Of a stretch of DNA of 60,000 bases, positions 25,176-38,174 are shown in pieces (the first letter of the stretch is position 1; every line of letters begins with the position of its first letter). Origin of the DNA: Felis catus (Eukaryota); the NCBI RefSeq assembly GCF_018350175.1, contig NC_058368.1:226674001-226734000 (forward strand), given 5' to 3'. A program made the position numbers and the translations under genes. A model generated the notes under the pieces. It had not been told where the DNA came from and did not search any database. It saw nothing but the letters and a program-made list of their open reading frames with translations.

Positions 25176-26071
25176 ATACTCTCCAAGGGCAGCGCACGTA
25201 AGATTCCATTTGCAAGCTCAAGATTTTGAGTGCCATGGCTCATATCCAATTACCTAACTTGTCTTACGACCCATCTTCTCGTCCAACAAAAGGGTTATAC
25301 GAACAGTACCCACCCCCTCTTTGGGCTGTTAGAAGTTGAATGAGAGGAAGTTTTTAAATGCATTGGAGATGCCTGGTAGACACGGAGCACTCACAACTGG
25401 TAGACAGGACCACCATATATATCCAAGCTCAAGTGAGGACGTAAAAGGTCACAGATGAATCAGACAGAGATCTGCTTACGTTGGAAGAACATGCAGAGTA
25501 GTACAATCCCAAGGCTGTAGAGCCCGCATTTCAACTCTGCCACCGTGGGGTGGAAGATGCTTTGCAGGGGCGCCCGCACCCACCCATCTCTCTTCCAACC
25601 TATGCTCAGGATGGGACCAGGTGGCGCTGGCCCATCCAGAGCACAGAGGGTCTGCGATGGACACCTAACAGGCAGAGATGATTCAGAGGCAAGACCCGAC
25701 AGTTTGACTTCGTCCCCAGGAGCCTGAGAATGTGACGTCCCCCTGATTTTCCCTGTGAGTCTGTTGTTCAGTGGCCCCAGACCTTGGATGTGGATGATAA
25801 TGGGGGCTGAAGAGGGAAGAGGAACAGAGAGGAGCAAGGATGAGAATCCCATGTGCTAAGGGAAAGACCGAGCCTGATAAGTCTCTCTTCTCAGCTCAAG
25901 CCCTGCACTTGTATTCTGCATAATTACCTTGTATCTTTTTGCCCCCTTTGCTTTGCCTAATTTGTGGGGAACTCTGGTATTTACAACTCAACAATGCATA
26001 CCTAAGACACTTGAGTAAGTTCTCAATTAACCTCTACAACCCTCAGTTTCCTCCTCTGTAAACTGGAAATG

Positions 26072-27110
26072 TATTCATTTGTCCTATATTTATCAAGAGT
26101 CTATTGTTTGCCAAGCACTAGCTAGGTAGTGGAGAAACCAATGGTTAGGAATTCCAGAAACCATCCTACCTTTGTGGAGTTTACAGTAGAGTAGAGGACA
26201 TAAGCTTTAATGGATAAATCGATCAGAAGAACAAACATAAAATTCCAAGGGGGGTAAGCGCTCCAAGAGAGGAAGGACATCATACAATGAAAACATATGC
26301 GAGGGAGGCTGGCTTAAGAGGAAGCCAGAGAGAATCTAAGAGAGCAGCAAGGCAAGGAGTGAAGAGAGAAGGACTCCAGGCAAAGAGCTTAGACTCTGGG
26401 GAGAGCAGGAGCATGCAAATGTGGCCGAAAACAGCCAAGTGGGGGTAGCAGGGGGTGCTGTAGGGAGAAGGGAAACTGAAACCAGATAAAGCTGGAAAAG
26501 GGGCTGGGATCCAAACGCCAGGGGCTGGGGGCACCACGGTGAGTATTTTGATGATTATTCTAAGATACTTATCCCAAGATGGATGGTTGGTCTTCAGCAG
26601 AGAGATGTAAGGTCACATCGGCCTTTGAAAATAACACGCTGGCCACAGAGTGGAGGATGTACTGTCGGAGGCAGGGGTGGTGTGGGTGCAGCAGGTAGGA
26701 GACTGCTTCAGCGGTCCGGGCCAGAGGACCAGAGACAGAGGCAAAAATCCTGAGCGTGACTTAGGGTGTTCTGAAGTGAGGTGTCTTTGAAACAGCCAAA
26801 ATGAGACTGACATTTCATCTCGGCAGTCCACTGAGTCCAGGAGCGTGGCAACTGGTGGGAAGGTCTGGACCAGAGAGACAAATGTGCAAGTCAATGAAAC
26901 TAACCCGTGGTTCTTAATGGAAGACGTGAGTCTGCCCAGGAAGAGATGATGGCATAGGGAAAGGGGAGGGCCCGGAGGTGGACTGGGGGTAGTGACTGTC
27001 ACAGAGGGGGCATGGGCCACAGGGGAGACAGGGGCAAGACCAGGAGACTGCTGTGCCGTGAGCCGAGGAGGAAAGTCTTTCTACCAGGACAGGAGGAAGC
27101 GGCCAAGAAG
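26072..27110 (-). mobile_element. L2 LINE remnant
   Basis: Purine-rich degenerate L2 3' region (tattcatt...tatttatcaagagtctattgtttgccaagcacta). Confidence 0.55.
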
Positions 27111-27561
27111 GTCCATCAAATGACATGACGACTGATGGAATTAAACTGGATAAATAAATGAAACCTACAGGATGACACAGGTCCCGGGGCACTGTGCCCC
27201 CCCCCCACAAAAAGGTAATTACCCTTATGAGCAGCTCGTGGATTTTTGTGAGCATGGAACCTGACAATCCATATATTGTAGTAATTGACAAGTGGAAGGC
27301 TTCCAACAGATGGAAGCAACGAGCCCTTCTCCCCTTTTGTTATTTCATGTCTATAAATTCCTTCAAAAAGAAGGGATTCCTTGAAATAGGTAAGACGATA
27401 GGGGGATGAAATGAATACTAAAGAAACAGGAAGAGACAAGCGTCTTTGGAGCAAAAGACACACGGACATCCGCTGGAGAGAGAAGCCTGGGGTGAAACTG
27501 ATCTCCATGCTTCTTCCAGCACCAGCTTGTGGCCGCAGCGACGTCAAAAGTACCGCATTCA

Positions 27562-27752
27562 GGGGCGCCTTGGTGGCTCAGTCGGTTAAGCGTCCAACTG
27601 CGGCTCTGGTCATCAGCTCACAGATTGTGAGTTCAAGCCCCACACCGGGCTCTCCGCTGTCCGCGTAGAGCACGCTTCGGATCTTCTGCCTGTGTCCCTT
27701 CCTTCCTCTCTCTCTCTTTCTCTCTCTCTCAAAACTAAATAAACACTAAAAA
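27562..27752 (+). mobile_element. Carnivore SINE
   Basis: Degenerate TSD aagtaccgcattc/aagtgctgcattc. Confidence 0.9.
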
Positions 27753-30700
27753 TATTCTAAGTGCTGCATTCGCACACACAGACATACACATACACACATA
27801 AAAATACAACCCCACCTCCCAATCCAGAAAAGTAACAAATAGGCACAAAACGAATTTCTTCAGAGACATCCTTGATACCTGCTTTAATTGCCAAAGGTTT
27901 ATCCCATATCCAAAAACAAAAAACAAAAAGAAAAAAAGGTAAAATTGTTTTAGTCACTGGAAAGCGATCAATAGAGTGTCCGGCCGGAGCATCAGTCTCC
28001 GCTCTTGTCACTACAGCCCAGCATGATACTGAGCCATCGGTTAACCGTTCGGGGCAACGGTTAACTACGCTCGCGCTTGCTAAAACCCCTTCCAAGTTCA
28101 AGAGAGCAAAATTCTTGTTCTTGATAATATCCCATATAAAGCATACAGGACAGACCCCTAGTGTTACTACCAGTTGCATAATTATGCAGAAACAAGGCTC
28201 TGTTCCCCTGCTTTGTCGGGAGAGGCTCGCAGGGCACGGGGGGCTTTCTGCCTTGCAAGGGAAGCTATTCAAATGTCGGTGCCTAACAGCTAAAGAAAAG
28301 GGTTCCATGGAAACACAGATGCTCCCGGGTCAAGCACACGTTCCGAGAAAGCAAGGGACATGCAAATGAACACAAACTAATGGGCCAAAGCCTATGCCAG
28401 CAGTGTTTTCTCTAATCAAGCCTTTGTCCTGCTGAAACGTGACAATTCTGTGGCAGTGCTGACTACCACACAAACACGGGGAGATGAAAGGCCGGGGCTT
28501 CCTAGGAAGAGGTTTTCTGCCTCATTCTCCCAATCCAAAAAAGTGGATGTTCATTTTACTCAAAATTGGCAGAAAATAATAACTCCCACCCTGTTTTGTA
28601 TGGCCAAAAGCCCAGATTTCAATTTTAACATTTGCTCGTATGCTACTGTTTAAGTCTTGAACTGATTCAGCTGCTCAGAGGGGGGAGGGCCAGAAATGGT
28701 GGGTGGGCGCCCCTCGAGTCAGGATCCAGGTGAAGCGGAAGGTGACAGGTGACGGGGGTCTCATGACCTGGGGGCAGTCCCCGGGACGGAGGGCAGGGCA
28801 TTCTCCAAGAAGAGTTGAGGAGAATCCGGGTCACGACAAAGGGATCCGAACTTGCTTTACGTGCTCACAAGTTTCAGAAACAAAAAGGTTTCGAGAGGCC
28901 TGACGGCAAAGTCAACAAGGAACTTTGCAGGAAGCCCCGGGCCCTCATCTGGGCCACTCACCAGCTTGGGCAGGAGGTTATTCAAGGTCTGTGGTCACAT
29001 CTTGCTTCTGTGCAACGAGGCTGACGTAGCCTCCACACCTCCTGGCAGGCCTCGACAGCACACTCTAGGGTTCCATCTCTTCGGTCTGTTTTTATTTGGC
29101 AAAATCCAGATCGCCACGGGCTCCGTGCCACCTCCAGCACCATGTCAACTACCAGAGCCCATTAAATGCGTCCCAGAAGCCATTTGGGACAGGGTTTTAT
29201 CCCAGGCTATCTCCCGAAGGCTTAGCGATGTAAATGAGTTTTCCAAGCCTCCTTCAAGGGAAAATAAAAATACTTCAAGTTGCTTTTGAAAAGTCTTGCC
29301 AAGCTTCTAGGCTTACATCTTTTGAGGACATTTTTTTATTTAGAGCACCCCTGAGAGGTGGAAAGAAAAGTGTAATCTGGGAGAATGTTTCTATTTCGAC
29401 AAATTTCGCCAATGTTCCTTCCCTAAGACAAGCGATCTTCAGAAACACTCCCTCCTCGGCCTTTGCCCAAAAGCTCCTACGGGGCACAGGGTCCTGCCCA
29501 AATCTCTGTGGGCACCTTACATGCAGCGGCCCCGTGACTGTTCACAGCCTGCTTCTGGAAGTGTCCTCCTTCACCCTCCTATGCCACCCAGCTTCTGTCC
29601 CCGGCACCCTATTTGTGATGACCAGTTCGGTTTTCAGAACTTTCTCGCACAGACCACCCCAGCGGCTAACAGAGACGGAGACAGACACAAACCCTTTCTG
29701 GAAAGGGCCAGAAGGGAGTCTTTACAATGCATTTGCAGGTCGGGTGGAATACAAGTCTGCTAATGAGAATTTGGAAATATTTGGGGGAGGGTGGGCATAA
29801 TTTGGTTTGAGTTCAAATTTTCTATCTTTCACTCAACAGAATCCATCCGATAAAAACCATCGTTAGCCCCAGGGCCTTGCAAAGGCAGGCAGCAGTCAGG
29901 ATTTGGCCCCCATGTTGTTTTCTGATTCAGGTGGTTTAGCACAAGCTTGAGATTTGGGCTAAGCTTGGGCTACATACTGGTTATATGACTTACCTGCCAC
30001 CTCCTGACTTCACTTGTCCAACACGTAATTTTCTCCTCTTTATAAGAGGCCCAGAAGAAAACTCTAAGCATTCCACAAACTAATGACTTATACTTGTCAA
30101 ACTCCTCCTATGTCCTTGAAATTACTCTATGTGCTATGTGTTTCCTATGTATTTCCTGTGTATTCCTATGTAAAACTTGTTTAGTGACCAAAACAAAATT
30201 GTACAAGGTAGGAACAGTTTTTATACCCATTTTATAGGTGAGGAGATTGAGGAACAGAGAAGGTAAGCAAAATGCCCACCTACGTGCCAACACAGGCAGT
30301 CAGAGGGCACTCTTCCCCACTAGCACCTATAAGCCCAGTTTGATGAATGTTGGCTATTATCACTTTTAATCTTGTTAGCGAGGTAAGTCAATGAAGTAAT
30401 TAGGATTAATTTTTAATGTATATTCCTGAACACAAACATCAAAAGGAGTTTTGCCTTTCAAAGGTGTTCACCTTTGGAGACTTTCTGCTTTCTAATAAAG
30501 CATCATTGTTCAAAATGTTCCTGGTTTTACCCTTCAAACAAGTTCATTAACTCCAGGGGGCATTCAGTCTCATTACGCTGTTACTCCTCCTAATCTCCCT
30601 TTCTAAATTATAAGCTAATATATCAATGAATGAAATAGTAGGCTACCTCCTAAGACAGTCTATGAGTGAATTAGCACAAAGAAGCCCTACCACCCTTGCA

Positions 30701-31934
30701 TGGGTAAACAGGAAACTAAAATGCCAGGCTAGGATCTTTCCCAATTTGTCAGTGTCCGTCACTCTGATATCCTTGCCGGGAGCACCCCACATCCATCCTC
30801 CTGTAGTTCTAGGCAGCCCAGCACAGAGAACCCCCTCACGTGACCTGATTTCATACCTCTGCTGGGGAAGGTCATCGAAAAGCCATGACCGTCGACTGAT
30901 CTGTGAGCTGGACCCAAGCACTCAGCGGCTCTTCGTCTCCTCCGCTGACCTTGGAATGTGGGTGGGTTCCACTTGCCTGTTTCACTCCCAGAAGCTGCTC
31001 CAAGGACACAGCCTTGAGATGGTGTGTGGGACTGAAAACACCTGCTCGGTACACATGACTGAGCCCAGTTAGGGCCTCTTTATAAACTTGTAAGATTTGG
31101 GGGACGAGTGCGGAGATTGATTCTCCTTGCTGCCACCCAAGACGAGCCGCATACGCAAGTTGCTTTTGGTGATTAAAACTGCCACTTACCAACCTGGGGC
31201 GGCTGCCTCTTTCTTGGGTCTCCCCCTGCCCTCTGAGAACTGGCGCTGCTTTCAGATCTCACCTGGGAAGCGCCTGAGACACCTGCAAATGGACACTCCC
31301 CACGTTGCTGCAGCCTGCCAGTCCTTCAGTCATTTCTCACGGATTTCCGCCCTTCACACCCTCTGCGCGAAGCTGTCAGCTTCCTCCCCAAACATCAGCT
31401 TAGTCCCAGCCAATCTTTAGGGGCTAACATGAAGGGGGAATATTTCCCAAGGGGTGATCTCTGTTTTCTTCGTTTTCTTTACACATGCATCTCCCGGGTG
31501 CAAACATCACAAGTTCAACAGGAGTCACAGGATAGCAGAGGCAAGGTGTCTGGGAAGGAGCTCATAAACCAAGCCCTCGGGGTTCACATCAAGGTACCTC
31601 CGCTATCTGACAACCCCGGGTACCTTCTGGAATTTTAAGTGCAAAATGACATCTCTCAAATCCAGATCTCTGATCCAAACCTCTCCTCCAAGTCAAAGGC
31701 ACACCCATTCTGCTAGAGCATGCCCCCGGCGAATGTCCACCTGGATTTCCCACTCTCCCAACAAGCTTGGGGTGCCAACTACAATGTGTTCAAAAAGCTT
31801 CTTTCCTCTGGCTTTCAACTTGATTCACGGCCACATCAAGCCACAAGACCCTGTCCACTGCCTCCTCCTTCCCTGCCCCTCCACCCCACCCAATTTGCAA
31901 TGAGTCCTACTATCTAATGTACGGTTGGCTCCAA

Positions 31935-32478
31935 GAGAAAGACAATGCAGGCCAAACCTGTGAGCCTTATATGTAATTCCAAATGTTCTAGGGTTGCCTG
32001 GGTGGCTCAGTCGATTAAATGCCTTACTCTTGATCTTGGCTCAGGTCATGATCCCATGGTTGGTGAGATCGAGCCCCTCGACGAGCCTCTAGACAACAGG
32101 CTCTGTGCTGACAGCTTGGAGCCTGCTCAGGATTCTCTCTCTCCCGGTCTCCCTCTGCCCCTCCCCTTCTCATGCACACACCGTCTCAAAATAAATCAAC
32201 AAACAGATAAACAAACATTCTGGAAGCCACATTTTAAAAGTCAAAAAAGGTAAAATTAAAGATTGAGCATAGTTCATTTCGTGCAATATATCCAGTTTTA
32301 TGATGTCAACAGGCAATCCCTATAAAATATTGAGGACATACTGAAATTTCCTTACACCAGATTGTCCAAAATCCAGTGTGTATTTCACGCTTACAGCAAG
32401 TCTTGATACAAACGAGTGATACTTCAGTGCTTTGCAGCCACATTCTGGCCAGTAGCTACCATGATGGGCAGTGGTGGA
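31935..32478 (+). mobile_element. MER33-like hAT element interrupted by a SINE
   Basis: atatgtaatt...ttctag|agccacattttaaaa...aaatccagtgtgtatttcac...tggccagtagctacc. Confidence 0.6.
31991..32210 (+). mobile_element. Carnivore SINE
   Basis: Head, body and tail. Confidence 0.88.
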
Positions 32479-33998
32479 CACAGCAGGTCTAAACTCTACC
32501 CAACATCCACGAATCAGCTCAACTCCTTCCACTCTGCACGATCCCTCCAGTTCCCACAGCCGTCACGGTCTTTCCCTTCTTGGAATTGCCATTATACTGA
32601 TAACCAGTACACCCTGCCAGCCACTTTTTTCTATGTATTTCGTGACTGTAAGACACGTAAGTTCTGCCTTCACAACCAGACTCCAAACATATTAAGAACA
32701 GTATCTATTTTATCCCTAGAGTGTCTATCATGATGCCAGATGCAACCATTCAATAAATATGTACTAAATGTCGGTGAGGAATCAATAAATGATCTCAGTA
32801 GTAAATTAAGGGGAACATTGAGGGTAGAATCATCAGAATCATTAAAAATTGAAAGCAGCAAAAATATAGTCACATTCAGTTGAAGAACATGGCAATCCAT
32901 ATGAAAATAGACGGTTGCCCTTCCAAAGTGCTATTGTTCGATTTAATCTGCCATTTGTGTGTACGTTTCAAAGGCTGGTGAATTAAAACTGAGCCTGCAA
33001 CCCTCACCATGAATGAGGCGATAACCCCAGAGAAAAGCCAGAGATGGTAACATAAATAAAAAAGGCACACTGGTCTGAAGCTCTTTTGCCAACCTGATTG
33101 GTGGGCAAGGCTGTTGCTAGAGTATGGTATCGAGGAGGGGCCTTGGGTCTTGTCCGTGCTTGGGTTGGGTCTTGTTCGGCATCCAGTCTCAGGGTCCATT
33201 GCTCCTAATTCCCCCTTTCTAAATTACGAACGGATATCTGCTAGTAAGGCATTAGATCACTCATAAGATAATGCTAAGTTAGGAAACGAAGGGCTAGTAA
33301 AGTATCCGGCACAGGGCCCACTCTCAAGAAAGGTTTGTGCACTGACCTAGTAATAGGATTGGTGCCTGAACCAGGATGACAATGGCATATGTGATAGGAA
33401 ATACGGAAGCAGTGTGAGCGGAGAGGATAAGATAAGGAGGAGTAAATTTGTTTTCCTCATTGTTCTAAAGGTATTCCCATGGATCAGAAACAGTAGGGTG
33501 GGGACAACCCATCTCTGCCTACAAAAGGTATCCAGCATGCAGGGGTTGTGTCTCCAGGAAGATCCTTTTCTTTCCTCCTCTGTATAAAGAAAATCTCAAT
33601 AATCCTTCAGAGTCAGGCATTGGTAGATTTTACCTTGGAACACTAAAGGAGATATATACTGGCACCTCGAACCAAAAATTTAACAAATGAGAAATAAGAT
33701 GGGCTAAAACGAATGAGGGCTCAGGAAGGTGAAGTTCGCATGCTGCACATAGGAAGGAGTAATTAACAGGACACTATGCTGTGCTCTTACGCAATCAAGA
33801 GACACAAGGAATGTTCTAAGACTAGACATAACCCCCAGCGGGGCTGTTTAATTTCCCTACCCACAAGCAAATTATGTATCCATAGCCTACTTTGAAATTA
33901 ATCATAAACATAAGCCTAGGTCCAAAACTTAAAGTAATAGAATGTATCTTTCTTTCTTTTCTATTTTTTGGTGGCATTTAAGGTATGTGCAGAGGGAT

Positions 33999-33999
<1 letters not shown>

Positions 34000-34046
<47 letters not shown>

Positions 34047-34062
34047 TGTGTGTATGTGTGTG
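34000..34062. repeat. (TG)n microsatellite
   Basis: Direct read. Confidence 0.95.
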
Positions 34063-35650
34063 TTGCAGATGTTACACCAAAAAACGTCTGAGCTGGCATT
34101 ATCGGATGTCTTAACGACATGCTAGAAGCAACTGCAGTATCCAACCAGACAACGAAAAACAATAATTGTCAAAAATGGCTTATGAAATGATTAATTCTTA
34201 AAAGGACACTCTGACTCTCACATAGACCCACTTAAGTGTATTTCTGGTGAGTGCTCATTTGGGATTCCCTTGACCTACTAAAATAGGCGGCAAGTATGGA
34301 TGAGTAAGCCAGGGCAGTCTAATTGCTGACAGAGGACGCAGCAAATGCAAATCTGGCCAACCCAGTGCATTTATGTCCTGGGCCTATTTGATTTTGAGAA
34401 CCATTTCAAGACAGTTGGAAGACTTTAAAAGAAACAGATATCCCATCTCCGGCTCAGTGGTCCAATGGTCATCACTACACAACAGCCCTTCTCGCTGAGC
34501 TTAACCCTGCTTCGTTTGTTACCCTTCCGTGCCTGGGACTGATAACTAGACCCTGCTGGTCAAATGCCCACTGACCCACCAGTGCTTTCCCCCTGCATGT
34601 TTCCAGTTTCATGAAGACACAGACCTGAGTGAATAATGTTGCCCTTGGTAGACTAGTCTTACAGGGAGAGAATGTGCTTCATCCACCAGTTTGTCCCCAA
34701 TGCCTAGCTCGAAGCCTGTTATATATTAAAAACCATATAAACGGTTGTTGGACTAAATTGGGGTTGGTTGCTGATTTCCTTTTGGAAACATTGGAAGAAA
34801 ATGACTCTCTTCCACCGCCAACTCCCCATCCATTAAACTTATATTTAGACTTTCTCTTGCTCAGGAACCTCAAATCTTTCTTCAGCATGAAAAGGGCATC
34901 CGGCATCTGGTAGATCAACCCCACTCACCAAGCTGAGGCCCCAACCTGTTCTAGCTCAGGAGACCAGTTCTTCTGTATCCCGAAAGCAAATCACCGTTTC
35001 TGTTTGCACAGAGGAGCATAAAAATCATGGGGACATTACCATAAAACAGAGTAATCCCTGTTCATATTTTAGTGTATCTCATGGTTAAGAAGCAGAAAAG
35101 GAATTTGCAATTTGGGACATTTTAGGTTTGTCTCCATCAAGATAGGCACAAGGTCTTATAGATTCTGAAGTTGATCTCTGTTTCATGTCTACCACTGCCA
35201 CAAAAGGTCACTGATGATTTAGGAAATAAAAAATCAGGAGTTTGGAACTTCTGGCTCTTCGCAAATGTTGAAACTACTCTAAAAGAATGATAACTCTAGG
35301 TCTAAGTGTAGGGAATACATGAGCATATGTCCCCGAGTAAATAATTACAGTAATTATTTTGGGAAAATATTAAATTATGGAATGTGCTAGAACTGTGACT
35401 AGAAATAACCTGTCATTACAAGGCTAACGAAGGACGTTCATAGCAAAGTCTAATGGGTGATGGCAGAAAAGTCTCCCACGCCTTCTGGACCTCCACGTGT
35501 TAATCACATAAAATGGGCTCATCAAAAAAATGTACGGGCACTCACACTTGACGCCATAAAGTTTTATGAAAAGCAAATGAAAAATTCTGCACGAGAATTA
35601 TTTGAAAACACATAAGGAATCATAGTGCTATATGTTAACTGAAGATAGAA

Positions 35651-35838
35651 TTTTTTTAAGTTTGTTTATGAATTTTGAGCGGGAGCGGGAGTGGGGGGAG
35701 GGGCAGAGAGAGAGGAGAGAGAGAATCCCAAGCAGGCCCTGCACTGCCAGCGGGGTTCGATCCCAGGAACCGTGAGATCACGACCTGAGCCGAAACCAGG
35801 AGTCGGACACTTAACCAACTGAACCACCCAGGTGCCCC
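35651..35838 (-). mobile_element. Carnivore SINE
   Basis: ...ccacccaggtgcccc. Confidence 0.9.
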
Positions 35839-37172
35839 ATCAATTATCCTACTTCCTAAAGAGTTCTATCTGTCAACGAAGGAGTCCTCATTTAGAGAGA
35901 AAGATTCTCAGAACTTATAAGGAGTCATAGCCAGCATATATTATTAAACAAAACATTAAAAAGAAGGCAAGAGAAAGAAAGCTCCATCGCAAAGAGTATA
36001 CATAGCATGCTGTCCTTAGTGTAAGTAAGAAGGAGAAAGGAAATCCACACTCACAAACTTACCTCTACAACAAGAAACAGAGGACGGGTAAACTAGAAAG
36101 GAATGAAAATAGCTTCCTACAGGGATGAGTAAGAACAGGAGGAGGGGATAAGGAGATGGGGAAGGGGTCGACGCTTCCCTGGCTGCACCTTTTATACCCA
36201 CAGTTCTAACTTTGGAACCTCGTAACTATGTTCCATGTCCAAAAACACAATTGAATGCATAAGAAAATGGAAAAGAAAAGAAAAAACCTCTATATCTGAA
36301 GACAAACAGTACTGGATGGGATACTGGCATTGTGACTATGTAAGAGAATGTCTTTATTCCCAAGAGATTCATGTGGGAGAGCGGGGTCATTATATCTGCA
36401 CCGTATTTGTAAAAAATTCAGCCAAAAAAATATACAGTATACGCAGGTTCGTATTTTCACGTGGGCACATGAGCAAACGGGCTCCAACACACACATACAC
36501 ACATGCAGGGAGAAAGAAAAGAGAGTAAATGAGAGAAAAATCTTACAACTCGATGAACCCTAGGGAAGGTACATTTTACCTTCATTCTTTTTCTCCTGCC
36601 ACTGAACATCATTATACCCGGAACATGGGAGAGCTGCTAAGGGCTTGGCTGGTCTCCCTCGAAGCAGGTGGAAGGATACGGGATCAGAGAGGTAGGCAGG
36701 AGACTTCCCCTTGGGAGGTGAGAGTTTTACTTTTAATCTAGGAGGAAACATCGGGACTTAGTCCCATACAGTTGAAACAAACCAGTACGCCTTCCTAAAG
36801 GTCAGATGCTAAGAAGTAAGAAGGCCCTGTAAAAGATTTAAAAGCAAATTTAAAATTTTGATTGCCAGGAACAAATTGCCCTACAAAAGGACTAGAGAGC
36901 CAATCAGTGAAATGTACTTTAGGCATTTTATTTTTAAAAGGGTTCCTTCAGTTGAACAAATGTTTGTTTGGAAGGCAAAAGAGAAAGTTAACTCTGACCC
37001 TGATTCATGAGTTCTTTAATGCTATCACTCCTGTCAATTAAGGCAAAGTGCTCCGATTCAAGACTTTTCATCTCCCCCAAAGTGGTTCTTCCATAGTCTA
37101 TTCCAGTGACCACTGTTAAACCCAGCAGGGTGCTTTATTTGCATATTAGTCTGGGGGGGAAATGGATAATCA

Positions 37173-37292
37173 GGGGTACCTGGGTGTCTCAGTCAGTTGA
37201 GAGTCTAACTTCATCTCAGGTCAGGATCTCAGGGTTCATGGGTTTAAGCCCCACACCGGGCTCACTGCCGTCAGCACGGAGCCTGCTCGGGA

Positions 37293-37345
<53 letters not shown>

Positions 37346-37425
37346 TTTCTCTCTCTGCCACACCCCCCACTCATTCTCTCTCTCATTCTCTCTCTCAAAA
37401 ATAAATAAAAAACGTTTTTAAAAAA
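37173..37425 (+). mobile_element. Carnivore SINE with internal (TG)n expansion
   Basis: gattctgtgt expanded to about 24 TG units. Confidence 0.9.
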
Positions 37426-37434
37426 TGGATAAAA

Positions 37435-37519
37435 GGGGCGCCCAGGTGGCTCAGTCGATTAAGCGTCCGACTCTTGGTTTTCAGCTCAGGTCATGATCTC
37501 ACAGTTTGTGAGTTCGAGT
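37435..37519 (+). mobile_element. 3'-truncated SINE head
   Basis: Ends just after the B box gagttcgag, no tail. Confidence 0.85.
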
Positions 37520-37949
37520 TTATATTTATTGAAAACTCCTAAAAAGAGTATAATGAAGGATCCTCATTAGGAACCGTGTTAATTATTAAAAAAAAAAAAA
37601 CTCAAAAAAGAACAACTTTGAGTTACATGCAGAATGCCAGTGTTTTATAAAGTAATCACAATATTATTTACATAGCATTCTTTGACTTGCAAAAGAAAGC
37701 CTAGGAGAGATATGTTGGAAAGATGACCTCCTCTCAGGAAGGCACCACGACAGGGGGATGAACCAGCAGGAGAACATCTGCCCACACCCTCATAAAACAT
37801 CACCGACTGTCCAACGAACTCTCTTCCAGGTCACCAAGCCTCCCCCGTCTGTCTCCCTCATCAAGAGAAGCTTTTATCGAAGATAACATATGGCAGCCCA
37901 AATGGTAAACTCACAGATGAGCCACAGCCACCTTAAAAAGAGGTAGCCG

Positions 37950-38174
37950 GGGGCGCCTGGGTGGCGCAGTCGGTTAAGCGTCCGACTTCAGCCAGGTCGC
38001 GATCTCGCGGTCCGGGAGTTCGAGCCCCGCGTCGGGCTCTGGGCTGATGGCTCGGAGCCTGGAGCCTGTTTCCGATTCTGTGTCTCCCTCTCTCTCTGCC
38101 CCTCCCCCGTTCATGCTCTGTCTCTCTCTGTCCCAAAAATAAATAAACGTTGAAAAAAAAATTAAAAAAAAAAA
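37950..38174 (+). mobile_element. Young SINEC_Fc
   Basis: Perfect TSD aaaaagaggtagccgg. Confidence 0.96.

Noticed and set aside
30125..30175. Short tandem repeat of about 11 bp (ttcctatgt)
   Set aside because: Few degenerate units and no spacers; simple slippage, not CRISPR-like
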